DNA of 63,990 bases, filler included. It is 3 parts of 3 records of this genome, joined end to end, with 100 filler letters (N's around TTAATTAATTAA, not from the genome) between each part and the next. Parts side by side here need not be neighbours in the genome. Positions count along the whole stretch, not along the records: positions 1 to 28,298 come from SRR20825010_2225; 2 more parts are not named here. One strand, written 5' to 3'. This document shows, one piece after another, positions 1 to 8,117 of the stretch. Numbering within the stretch: position 1 is the stretch's first letter; the number at the start of each line of letters is the position of its first letter. A program made the position numbers and the translations under genes. A model generated the notes under the pieces. The model did not search any database and had not been told where the DNA came from. It worked only from the letters and a program-made list of their open reading frames with translations.

Positions 1-40
1 ATATATTCGTGTATTCGTGGCGTATAATAAGTTTTAGAAG

Positions 41-1402
41 CTAAAGCGGATGTACTAAAGCCTTGACTTCTTCTAAATCAAGACCTCCATAATTCCCGCT
101 ACTCATTAGCAATAAAGCTGAATTTTCTAATTTCAGATTAAATAAATACTCTTTAAAACTAGCAGGATTTGTGTAGACAATTAAATCTTCTCGGTTAAAA
201 GCCTCTTCAATTTGAGACGCAGAAACTTCTTCTAATTGTTTAATTTTAACAGCTTCTGGGGAGAAAAACACCACTGCTATATCTGCATTATCAAGTGTAT
301 TTTTATATTCTTTTAAAAATGTTGCATTTAAGCTACTGTAAGTATGTAACTCTAAACAAGCAACCACTTTTCTCTCTGGAAATTGCTCTCTAACAGCAGT
401 TAAAGTAGCCGCAACCTTACTTGGAGCATGGGCAAAATCCTTATAAATAACACTGTCTCCTTTTTCTGCTAATTTATCTAAACGTTTAGATGCTCCTTTA
501 AAACTTGCAATAGCCTCATAAAAATCGTCTTCATCTACCCCCATGTGCTGACAAAGCCATTTGGCTCCTGCCAAATTATTTAAATTATGCCTTCCAAAAA
601 CCTCAATCGGCATAGCGCCTTCTGGAGTTTCTAAATAGGTTACACCGTCTTCAACAGTAAACTCTGGAGTAGAATATGGAATTTTTCGAATTTGATTTTC
701 AGAAGCTTCCACTACGTTTACCACCTCAGTGTCTTCTTCATTATAGGTAATACTTCCCCCTTCAACAATTGAATCAACAAAAATTTTAAACTGCTCTACA
801 TAATTCTCAAAAGTTGGAAACACATTAATATGATCCCAAGCAATCCCGCTTAACAACGCTATATTTGGTTGATAAAGATGAAATTTTGGTCGCCTATCTA
901 TTGGAGAAGACAAATACTCATCTCCTTCTAATACAATAAAATCATTTTCTTCGGTAAGTTTCACCATGGTATCAAAACCTTCAAGTTGAGCTCCTACCAT
1001 GTAATCCACATCAATATCATGATAATGCAACACATGCAAAATCATAGAAGTTATAGTGGTTTTTCCGTGACTCCCACCTATTACAACTCGGGTTTTGTAT
1101 TTACTCTGCTCGTAAATAAATTCTGGATACGAATATATTTTCAATCCCATTTCCTTTGCTTTCTTCAGCTCTGGATTGTCTGCTTTTGCATGCATTCCAA
1201 GAATTACAGCATCTAAATCTGCTGTAATTTTTTCTGGAAACCAACCAAAACTTTCTGGACATAAATCTTTAGCCTCCAAACGAGATTTGGAAGGTTCAAA
1301 AATAACATCGTCACTTCCAGTTATTTTATATCCTTTGTTATGTAAAGCAAGTGCCAAGTTGTGCATAGCACTTCCACCAATGGCAATGAAATGTATTTTC
1401 AA
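41..1402 (-). CDS. Mur ligase family protein (Mpl/MurC-like UDP-N-acetylmuramate peptide ligase)
   Basis: N-terminal IHFIAIGGSAM Rossmann motif, GSHGKTT P-loop, LEGDEY, DHINVF and DFAHAP motifs of the MurC/Mpl family. Confidence 0.9.
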   Translation of the reverse strand: MKIHFIAIGGSAMHNLALALHNKGYKITGSDDVIFEPSKSRLEAKDLCPESFGWFPEKITADLDAVILGMHAKADNPELKKAKEMGLKIYSYPEFIYEQSKYKTRVVIGGSHGKTTITSMILHVLHYHDIDVDYMVGAQLEGFDTMVKLTEENDFIVLEGDEYLSSPIDRRPKFHLYQPNIALLSGIAWDHINVFPTFENYVEQFKIFVDSIVEGGSITYNEEDTEVVNVVEASENQIRKIPYSTPEFTVEDGVTYLETPEGAMPIEVFGRHNLNNLAGAKWLCQHMGVDEDDFYEAIASFKGASKRLDKLAEKGDSVIYKDFAHAPSKVAATLTAVREQFPERKVVACLELHTYSSLNATFLKEYKNTLDNADIAVVFFSPEAVKIKQLEEVSASQIEEAFNREDLIVYTNPASFKEYLFNLKLENSALLLMSSGNYGGLDLEEVKALVHPL

Positions 1403-1534
1403 TGTAGTAATTTTTAAATCGTATTCAGACTGTAAAGATAAAAGGACAATTTGCTATAGACAAACCTTCAGCAGAATATATTAATTCATTTAAAACCATT
1501 AATATCCGAGTAAAAATATAAATCAGCTTAAAAA

Positions 1535-2431
1535 TTACAGGGCTTTAATTTTTTTATTTTCTGAAATAAAATCTTTTGAATTTGGGTTTCGCACTATGGC
1601 TTCTTCAATATAATAATTGGCTTTGTCCTTATTTTTTTGGTAACGGTACAGCACAGCCAACCTATAATAAACATCTTCTAACGGAATTATACTTTCTGGG
1701 GTATGAAGATTTTTATATACCAACATATGATCAATTCCAGTTTTTATTTGATACTTATATTGATAAGCAATATCTCCTATTTGATAATGAATATCTTTTC
1801 TTCTATAATTTTTATCAGGAAAACTATTTTTTGCCACCACATCCAAAGCTCTTTGATAATAAGTTGTAGCCAATTTTTCATTATTCCGTTCAGCTTCAAT
1901 AAAGCCTTTAGATAAATAGCCTTCTATAGGAGCAATTGCAGATAATTCTTCAGAATATTGATACGCCTTATTATTACTCCCGCCTAATATTCCTGGAAGC
2001 TTAAGGTATAAATCTATAGAAGCCCAACGCACATCAAGGTGCTCTTCATCCAACGCACAAGCAATCTTAAAATGCTCCTTTACATCATCAAGAAGTGTTA
2101 ACGCTCTTATTTTACTTTCCAAAGAAATCATCCCTAAAACACCGCCATACTTAAAATGGTAGTTGGCATTTTTAGGATCTTTATCAACTAAAATCTTATA
2201 ATACTTTGCTGCAGCATCCCAATCTTTTTCAATTCCATAGACATCGCCTAAACGCTCTATTATTTTCGGGTCTGGATTTTTTTGGGAAGCTAAAAGCAAT
2301 ACTTCTTTTGCTTGAGCAATTTTATTAGACTTTATAAAAGAATTTGCCTTCTCTAAACTCGACTGCTGAGCAGAAACAATAAATCCAATCAATAAAAAAA
2401 GTAGTCCTAAGGATTTATTGTTAACAATCAT
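1535..2431 (-). CDS. Secreted tetratricopeptide repeat protein
   Basis: Signal peptide-like N-terminus; TPR-like helical repeats (LGDVY...AAKYYKIL, YYRLAVLY...ANYYIEEAI). Confidence 0.75.
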   Translation of the reverse strand: MIVNNKSLGLLFLLIGFIVSAQQSSLEKANSFIKSNKIAQAKEVLLLASQKNPDPKIIERLGDVYGIEKDWDAAAKYYKILVDKDPKNANYHFKYGGVLGMISLESKIRALTLLDDVKEHFKIACALDEEHLDVRWASIDLYLKLPGILGGSNNKAYQYSEELSAIAPIEGYLSKGFIEAERNNEKLATTYYQRALDVVAKNSFPDKNYRRKDIHYQIGDIAYQYKYQIKTGIDHMLVYKNLHTPESIIPLEDVYYRLAVLYRYQKNKDKANYYIEEAIVRNPNSKDFISENKKIKAL

Positions 2432-2444
2432 TTGGAAGAAATTA

Positions 2445-2966
2445 TTACTGTGGAGGATAATTAGAAAACACTTTATCTACAACTGCTTTTAGTTTGGCAT
2501 CACGTATTTCTGGAGTCATTTGTTCAGAAATAGTTCCTTCACTTACTGCTTGCCAAATTAACTCGTCTTCAGTGGCATCTACTATATCAAATATAATTTC
2601 TCTATACTGCTCGGCACCGCCAACGGGAAGTCCTACAGAAACGCCTCCACCAATATTTCTTCCTGTACCTCCAATCCCAATTCCTACCGAACTATTGCTA
2701 GGTTTTGGTCGGGTTGAAGTTTTAATATTGATATAAATATCTGGCGTTGTAGAATACTCAAAACCGCGTGTTTGCAATAAACTATCTATATGTCTAAACA
2801 GTCGTTTATTATCTAGATCGCTTAAGCCACTTTCCATTTCTGGGTAATAATCGTAGCTTTTATAATTGGAAAAATCTTTTTTCTTATCGTAATCATACGC
2901 TACTTGAACGCTTCCACAAGCACACAAGATCAAGCAACAAAAAAATCCTAAAGATTTGGAATACAT
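2445..2966 (-). CDS. DUF4136 family lipoprotein
   Basis: Lipobox LCAC, DYD...FSNYKSY, Gly-rich middle, DIVDA...LIWQA; paralogous in style to 18741-19304. Confidence 0.8.
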   Translation of the reverse strand: MYSKSLGFFCCLILCACGSVQVAYDYDKKKDFSNYKSYDYYPEMESGLSDLDNKRLFRHIDSLLQTRGFEYSTTPDIYINIKTSTRPKPSNSSVGIGIGGTGRNIGGGVSVGLPVGGAEQYREIIFDIVDATEDELIWQAVSEGTISEQMTPEIRDAKLKAVVDKVFSNYPPQ

Positions 2967-3007
2967 AGCCTTCTTTTTTGCTAAAATTAAGCAAAAAAAA
3001 CTTGTAT

Positions 3008-4021
3008 CTAGTCTTCTTCATTTTTATTCAACATAATCCACAATTTATCTTTTAATTGCTGAATCCCTTGTTGAGCTACAGAAGAAATAAACATATAATC
3101 TATTTCTTTAAAATTTTTATCGAGTTCTATTTTCATTTCGGATTTTAACTCATCGTCTAACATATCCGATTTTGAAATAGCTACCAAACGTTCCTTATCT
3201 AGTAATTCTGGATTGTATTTTTGAAGTTCGTTTAAAAGAATTTCATATTCTTTATAGATATCTTTTGCATCTGCTGGAACCAAGAATAACAAGGTTGAAT
3301 TCCGCTCAATATGCCTTAAAAAGTAATACCCTAAACCTTTTCCTTCGGAAGCTCCTTCTATAATTCCAGGGATATCTGCCATTACAAAAGTCCTAAAATC
3401 TCTGTACTGAACAATTCCTAAATTAGGTTTTAGCGTGGTAAACTCATAGTCTGCAATTTTTGGTTTTGCTGAAGTAATTACAGAAAGTAAGGTAGATTTT
3501 CCTGCATTTGGAAAACCAACTAAACCAACATCGGCTAATAATTTTAGCTCTAATAAAATTTCTCGCTCTTCTCCAGGCAAGCCCGTTTGAGCATATCGAG
3601 GGGTTTGATTGGTAGCCGATTTAAAATGATTATTACCTAAACCACCTTTTCCACCTTTAGCGATGATTCTTTCTTCCCCATCTTCGGTAATTTCAAACAA
3701 AACCTCATTAGTTTCGGCATCCTTTACTTGAGTCCCCAGAGGAACTTTCATATAAACGTCTGCTCCATCGGCACCTGTACTGGTTTGTTTACTCCCATGT
3801 TCTCCATGCCCTGCTTGGTACACTCTTTTAAATTTAAAATGAAAAAGTGTCCAAAGATTTTTATCTCCCTGAATTATTACATGACCTCCACGACCACCAT
3901 CTCCACCATCTGGCCCACCATAAGCTACATATTTTTCCCTGCGTAAATGTGCGGATCCCTGCCCACCTTTACCAGATGTCACTCTAATCTTTACATAATC
4001 TGTAAAATTCCCTTCTGTCAT
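3008..4021 (-). CDS. obgE: GTPase ObgE/CgtA
   Basis: Gly-rich Obg domain [13 protein letters not shown]1 [27 protein letters not shown]. Confidence 0.97.
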   Translation of the reverse strand: MTEGNFTDYVKIRVTSGKGGQGSAHLRREKYVAYGGPDGGDGGRGGHVIIQGDKNLWTLFHFKFKRVYQAGHGEHGSKQTSTGADGADVYMKVPLGTQVKDAETNEVLFEITEDGEERIIAKGGKGGLGNNHFKSATNQTPRYAQTGLPGEEREILLELKLLADVGLVGFPNAGKSTLLSVITSAKPKIADYEFTTLKPNLGIVQYRDFRTFVMADIPGIIEGASEGKGLGYYFLRHIERNSTLLFLVPADAKDIYKEYEILLNELQKYNPELLDKERLVAISKSDMLDDELKSEMKIELDKNFKEIDYMFISSVAQQGIQQLKDKLWIMLNKNEED

Positions 4022-4155
4022 TTAAATATGTTTTTGTATTGTAAAATTGATTAGCTGTCCAATTTTATACTAAAAATTCTTCACTATGTTTTTCAAAAAA
4101 ATACGCTCTCATAATTCTTAAATTCAGAGAGCGCTCACTATATATAAAGCTTAAT

Positions 4156-4246
4156 AAACTCTTTGAAGGAGTTTACATTTTGATGTAATATTATAATACC
4201 TCATGACTTATTTAGTCAACCTCGTTTAAACAAACTCAAGGTAGTT
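4156..4246 (-). repeat. Diverged copy (D) of the dispersed multi-hairpin element
   Basis: Minus strand reads AACTACCT...CATGAGGTAT...TAAACTCCTTCAAAGAGTTT; shares the AACTAC start, the CATGAGGTAT arm and a terminal hairpin with copy A, but the inner hairpin differs. Confidence 0.45.
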
Positions 4247-4253
4247 ACAATCA

Positions 4254-4826
4254 TTAAAGCGTAGCAATAACTTTACTCAAACGCTCTGTAATATCTTCAA
4301 TAGATCCAATTCCGTTTACACTGTGGAATTTATCTTGCTTCTTATAATACTGCATCAAAGGAGCTGTTTTCTCGTTGTATTCGTCAAAACGATTTCTAAT
4401 TTTACTTTCGTCTTGATCATCACTTCTTCCGCTTACTTTCCCACGTTCTAATAGGCGTTGGATTAAAACTTCATCATCTGCCTCTAACGCTATTGTTGCA
4501 TCAATTTTCATTTCTTTTTCTTCCAACAAATCGTCTAGAGCTTCTGCCTGTGCATTTGTTCTTGGAAAACCGTCAAAAATAAAACCACTAGCGTCCGGAT
4601 TTTTCTCTACTTCAGCTTTAAGCATGTTAATAGTTACTTCATCTGGAACCAACTCTCCCTTGTCAATATATGACTTAGCTAGTGTACCTAATTCAGTGCC
4701 GTTTTTAATATTAAATCTGAAAACATCGCCGGTAGATATATGCTTTAAATTGTATTTCTCTTTTAAAAAATTAGCTTGTGTACCTTTACCTGCTCCTGGT
4801 TTTCCGAACAGTACTAAATTGATCAT
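4254..4826 (-). CDS. adk: Adenylate kinase (short-LID type)
   Basis: GKPGAGKGTQA P-loop, HISTGD, GELVPD, FDGFPRT, GRSDD. Confidence 0.97.
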   Translation of the reverse strand: MINLVLFGKPGAGKGTQANFLKEKYNLKHISTGDVFRFNIKNGTELGTLAKSYIDKGELVPDEVTINMLKAEVEKNPDASGFIFDGFPRTNAQAEALDDLLEEKEMKIDATIALEADDEVLIQRLLERGKVSGRSDDQDESKIRNRFDEYNEKTAPLMQYYKKQDKFHSVNGIGSIEDITERLSKVIATL

Positions 4827-4829
4827 ATT

Positions 4830-5360
4830 TTATTCTTTTATTTTATATACTTCTGGTAAATTTCTTCCTAATTCGTCATAATCAAGCCCATAACCTACAA
4901 TAAACTTGTCGGGAATTTCAATCCCAACATAATCAATATTATACTCCCCGCTATATATTTCTGGTTTGTAAAACATAGATGCTATTTTAAACCTCTTTAC
5001 ATTAATTTGAGAAAACATAGAGACCAGTTCTTTTACGGTATTTCCAGTGTCAATAACATCCTCTAAAATAACAACACTTCTTTCCTCTACAGTATCTGGA
5101 ACATCTAAAAGTGTTTTTACTATTCCTGTAGACGACATCCCTCGGTAAGAACTTAATTTAACAAAAGTAATCTCACAATCTTGGTCGTAATGCTTCATAA
5201 AGTCTGAGGCAAACATAAAAGCACCATTTAACACACATATAAAAATAGGTGTCTCATCTTTAAAATCGGCTTTTACCTTTTCCACCATCTTTTTTATGGC
5301 AGCATCTATTTCTTCTGCAGAAATAAAAGGTTCAAAATATTTATCGTGAAGCTTAATCAA
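4830..5360 (-). CDS. hpt: Hypoxanthine phosphoribosyltransferase
   Basis: VLNGAFMF, ILEDVIDTGNT PRPP motif, FIVGYGLDY. Start moved to TTG at 5360 (MIKLHDKYF) because a Bacteroidota -7 promoter element lies inside the longer ORF. Confidence 0.9.
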   Translation of the reverse strand: MIKLHDKYFEPFISAEEIDAAIKKMVEKVKADFKDETPIFICVLNGAFMFASDFMKHYDQDCEITFVKLSSYRGMSSTGIVKTLLDVPDTVEERSVVILEDVIDTGNTVKELVSMFSQINVKRFKIASMFYKPEIYSGEYNIDYVGIEIPDKFIVGYGLDYDELGRNLPEVYKIKE

Positions 5361-5382
5361 TCTCCTAAAAATTATAAAGTTG

Positions 5383-5390
5383 CAAAGATA
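5383..5390 (-). promoter_or_regulatory. Bacteroidota primary-sigma -7 element TATCTTTG upstream of hpt-adk
   Basis: Plus-strand CAAAGATA = TAnnTTTG consensus on the minus strand, about 22 nt upstream of the TTG start. Confidence 0.6.
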
Positions 5391-5561
5391 CCATTTAGAT
5401 TTTTGTTTTCCTTTAAATTTAATCGTTTTCAGCAATAATTACACTTTTTTCACAAAAAAATCGCTCTTTTATATAGTTATAACCAAATAGTTAGCATTTA
5501 ATTGCTTAAAACTTAATTTTTAAAAGCCTCTCAAACAAAAGTGTATTCTTACGCTCTAATG

Positions 5562-5657
5562 AACTACTTCAGGGCAAGCCCATGAGGTATCAGACAAAAC
5601 AACCTTAATTTATTTAGACACAGCAAATCGGAGAATTAAACCCTCTGTGAGGGATTA
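5562..5657 (+). repeat. Dispersed multi-hairpin element, copy A
   Basis: AACTACTTCAGGGCAAGCCCATGAGGTATC...AATTAAACCCTCTGTGAGGGATTA; homologous to 7974-8093 and 23879-23974. Confidence 0.8.
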
Positions 5658-5682
5658 ATTATGTAGATTTCATATTTAGCCA

Positions 5683-5690
5683 TACTTTTG
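5683..5690 (+). promoter_or_regulatory. Bacteroidota -7 promoter element TACTTTTG upstream of purK
   Basis: Matches TAnnTTTG, about 65 nt upstream of the purK ATG. Confidence 0.5.
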
Positions 5691-5755
5691 CAAAATCAAA
5701 TTTGTATTTACAATTTGTAGCAGAAACATACAGTCAGTTTTAAAAATATAAGAAC

Positions 5756-6910
5756 ATGAACTACTTTTCATCAGATTTTAAACTTGGTATTTTAGGCGGT
5801 GGACAACTTGGTAAAATGATGCTTTACGAAACAAGAAAGTATGATATCCAAACCCTTGTGCTAGATCCAAGTAATGATGCTCCTTCTAGAATAGCTTGTA
5901 ATGAATTTTTCCAAGGCGATTTAATGGATTACGACACAGTTTATGAGTTCGGAAAAAAAGTAGATGTTTTAACTTTTGAAATTGAAAATGTAAACGTTGA
6001 CGCACTAGCACAATTAGAAAAAGAAGGAAAAACTGTTTTTCCTTCTGCTAAAACATTAAAAACCATCAATAATAAAGCTACACAAAAACTGTTTTATGTT
6101 GATCACCAAATTCCAACAGCCGATTTTAAACGCTTTGCTTATCCTGATGAAATACTAAATGCTGTTAAAAACGAATCTCTAGCCTTTCCTTTTGTATGGA
6201 AAAGCGCTCGTTTTGGTTATGATGGTCAGGGTGTAAAAGTAATTAGAACTTATTCTGATTTGGAAGGTTTACCAGAGGGTGAGTGTATTGCTGAAAAAAT
6301 GATTCCTTTTAAAAATGAATTGGCAGTAATTGTGGCACGTGATAGCAAAGGGAATGTAAAAACATATCCAGTAGTAGAAATGGAGTTTCATCCAGAAGCC
6401 AACCAAGTGGAATATGTAATTTGTCCAGCTCGTATTAGTGAAGAAGTTGCAAAAAAAGCACAGCTCATTGCTTTAAAAGTTTCTAAAGCTTATGAACATG
6501 TTGGACTTTTGGCTGTTGAAATGTTTCAAACAGAAAACGATGAAATCTTAGTAAATGAAGTAGCTCCACGCCCTCATAACAGTGGACATTACAGTATTGA
6601 AGCCAGCTATACCAATCAATTTGAACAACAAATTCGTGCTATTTTAGGACTTCCATTAGGCAACACAGAAAGTAAGGTAGCAGGTATTATGGTTAATTTG
6701 GTAGGGGATGAAAACTATACTGGTTCTGTTGTATACAAAAACATTGAAAAAATTATGGCAATGGAAGGGGTTACACCACATATTTACGGAAAACGAGAAA
6801 CACGTCCGTTTAGAAAAATGGGACACGTAACTATTGTAAATAAAGATATAGCCAAAGCTAGAGAAATAGCAGAACAGGTAAAGAAAAGTATTAGGGTTAT
6901 TGCTGAATAA
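5756..6910 (+). CDS. purK: N5-carboxyaminoimidazole ribonucleotide synthase
   Basis: GILGGGQLGKM, TFEIE, GYDGQG, NEVAPRPHNSGH, RKMGHV. Confidence 0.97.
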   Translation: MNYFSSDFKLGILGGGQLGKMMLYETRKYDIQTLVLDPSNDAPSRIACNEFFQGDLMDYDTVYEFGKKVDVLTFEIENVNVDALAQLEKEGKTVFPSAKTLKTINNKATQKLFYVDHQIPTADFKRFAYPDEILNAVKNESLAFPFVWKSARFGYDGQGVKVIRTYSDLEGLPEGECIAEKMIPFKNELAVIVARDSKGNVKTYPVVEMEFHPEANQVEYVICPARISEEVAKKAQLIALKVSKAYEHVGLLAVEMFQTENDEILVNEVAPRPHNSGHYSIEASYTNQFEQQIRAILGLPLGNTESKVAGIMVNLVGDENYTGSVVYKNIEKIMAMEGVTPHIYGKRETRPFRKMGHVTIVNKDIAKAREIAEQVKKSIRVIAE

Positions 6911-6925
6911 AATTATTTAAGACGA

Positions 6926-6960
6926 TAGGCAGTAGGCAATAGGCAATAGGCAATAGGCAA
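6926..6960 (+). repeat. Heptamer tandem repeat (TAGGCAA)x5, first unit TAGGCAG
   Basis: Read directly in the purK-purE spacer. Confidence 0.9.
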
Positions 6961-6989
6961 TTTTAAATTAAGAATACAAATTTTAAAAA

Positions 6990-7475
6990 ATGGCAAAAGT
7001 AGCAGTTATCATGGGGAGCACGAGTGACCTCCCAGTAATGCAAGACGCAATAGATGTTTTAAAAGAATTAGGAATTGAAGTAACGGTAGATATAGTTTCT
7101 GCACACCGTACGCCAGAAAAAATGTACGACTTCGGTAAGAATGCTCATAAAAATGGGATTTCTGTAATTATTGCTGGTGCTGGTGGTGCTGCGCATTTAC
7201 CAGGAATGGTAGCTTCGCTATCTCCGCTTCCTGTAATTGGGGTTCCTGTAAAAAGTAGTAACTCTATCGACGGATGGGATTCTGTGCTTTCTATACTTCA
7301 AATGCCTGGAGGCGTTCCTGTTGCCACTGTAGCGCTTAATGGAGCTAAAAATGCTGGTATTCTAGCCGCTCAAATTATAGGCTCTGCAGACCTTTCTGTT
7401 CAAAACAACATAGTAGCCTACAAAGAATCTTTAAAAGAGAAAGTTATAAAAGGTGCAGAAGAAATAAAAAAATAG
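6990..7475 (+). CDS. purE: N5-CAIR mutase
   Basis: IMGSTSD, SAHRTP, AGAGGAAHLPGM, PVIGVP, QMPGGVPVATV. Confidence 0.97.
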   Translation: MAKVAVIMGSTSDLPVMQDAIDVLKELGIEVTVDIVSAHRTPEKMYDFGKNAHKNGISVIIAGAGGAAHLPGMVASLSPLPVIGVPVKSSNSIDGWDSVLSILQMPGGVPVATVALNGAKNAGILAAQIIGSADLSVQNNIVAYKESLKEKVIKGAEEIKK

Positions 7476-7501
7476 GCTCTGAGGGTAAGCCTATTTTTTT
7501 T
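7466..7501. terminator. Bidirectional-looking intrinsic terminator after purE
   Basis: A-tract + TAGGCT / AGCCTA stem + T-tract. Confidence 0.75.
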
Positions 7502-7973
7502 AAAAATCCAATACATTACTGTTTAGGGGATTTACACAGCGTATTAAAAGAGTAGGTTTGGTGTGTATCTTATATTATTATTTTAACTTTAAATTCCTCT
7601 TCAACAACCTCACCTACGAAGCTGTATTTCTTATGGTTTTTTTATTTGAAAAAAGTTTCACTAAAATCGATTATGTGCTTAATTAATACGTTGTAATGAT
7701 GAAAATGAATAAAAAGAGGATTTTAGTAATACTGTTTCTTTAAACTGCTAATTTTATAATATTTAGTCTTTTTTCTTATAGCAAAGTGGTCTTGTATTTT
7801 TACTCGGACATTCAGATTTATAACTTAGTTCCCTTGAAGAGAGAGGGTCCTACAAAACAACTTTAATTACTTTTAAAGCATTTAAAATTTTATATTTTGT
7901 TGTTTTAAAAAATGTTAATCATTCTTTAAGCGACCTATCTATTTTAGAGAAAGTTTATTACTTTGTAAATAAA

Positions 7974-8093
7974 AGAACCTCGGTGCAAGCACATGGGGTA
8001 TTCAAACAGAACAAATTTAACCCATTTCGAGGTAGAGCACATCGATTAACTCTGGACGGACTTTGGGAAAATAAAAACCCTCTATGAGGGATT
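7974..8093 (+). repeat. Dispersed multi-hairpin element, copy B (internal insertion of about 25 nt)
   Basis: ACCTCGGTGCAAGCACATGGGGTATTCAAACAGAACAAATTTAACCCATTTCGA...AAACCCTCTATGAGGGATT. Confidence 0.75.
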
Positions 8094-8117
8094 CAATTAT
8101 CTTATAAAAATTAGAAC

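Noticed and set aside
5361-5435. N-terminal extensions given by the ORF track (hpt; also ppsA 47242, carB 40805, binding protein 59313, permease 60725)
   Set aside because: Family N-termini and promoter or RBS positions favour the downstream starts used here.
5562-5657. Hairpin element upstream of purK as a purine or ZTP riboswitch
   Set aside because: No match to those aptamer consensus sequences. It lies upstream of the apparent -7 element and recurs before unrelated genes.
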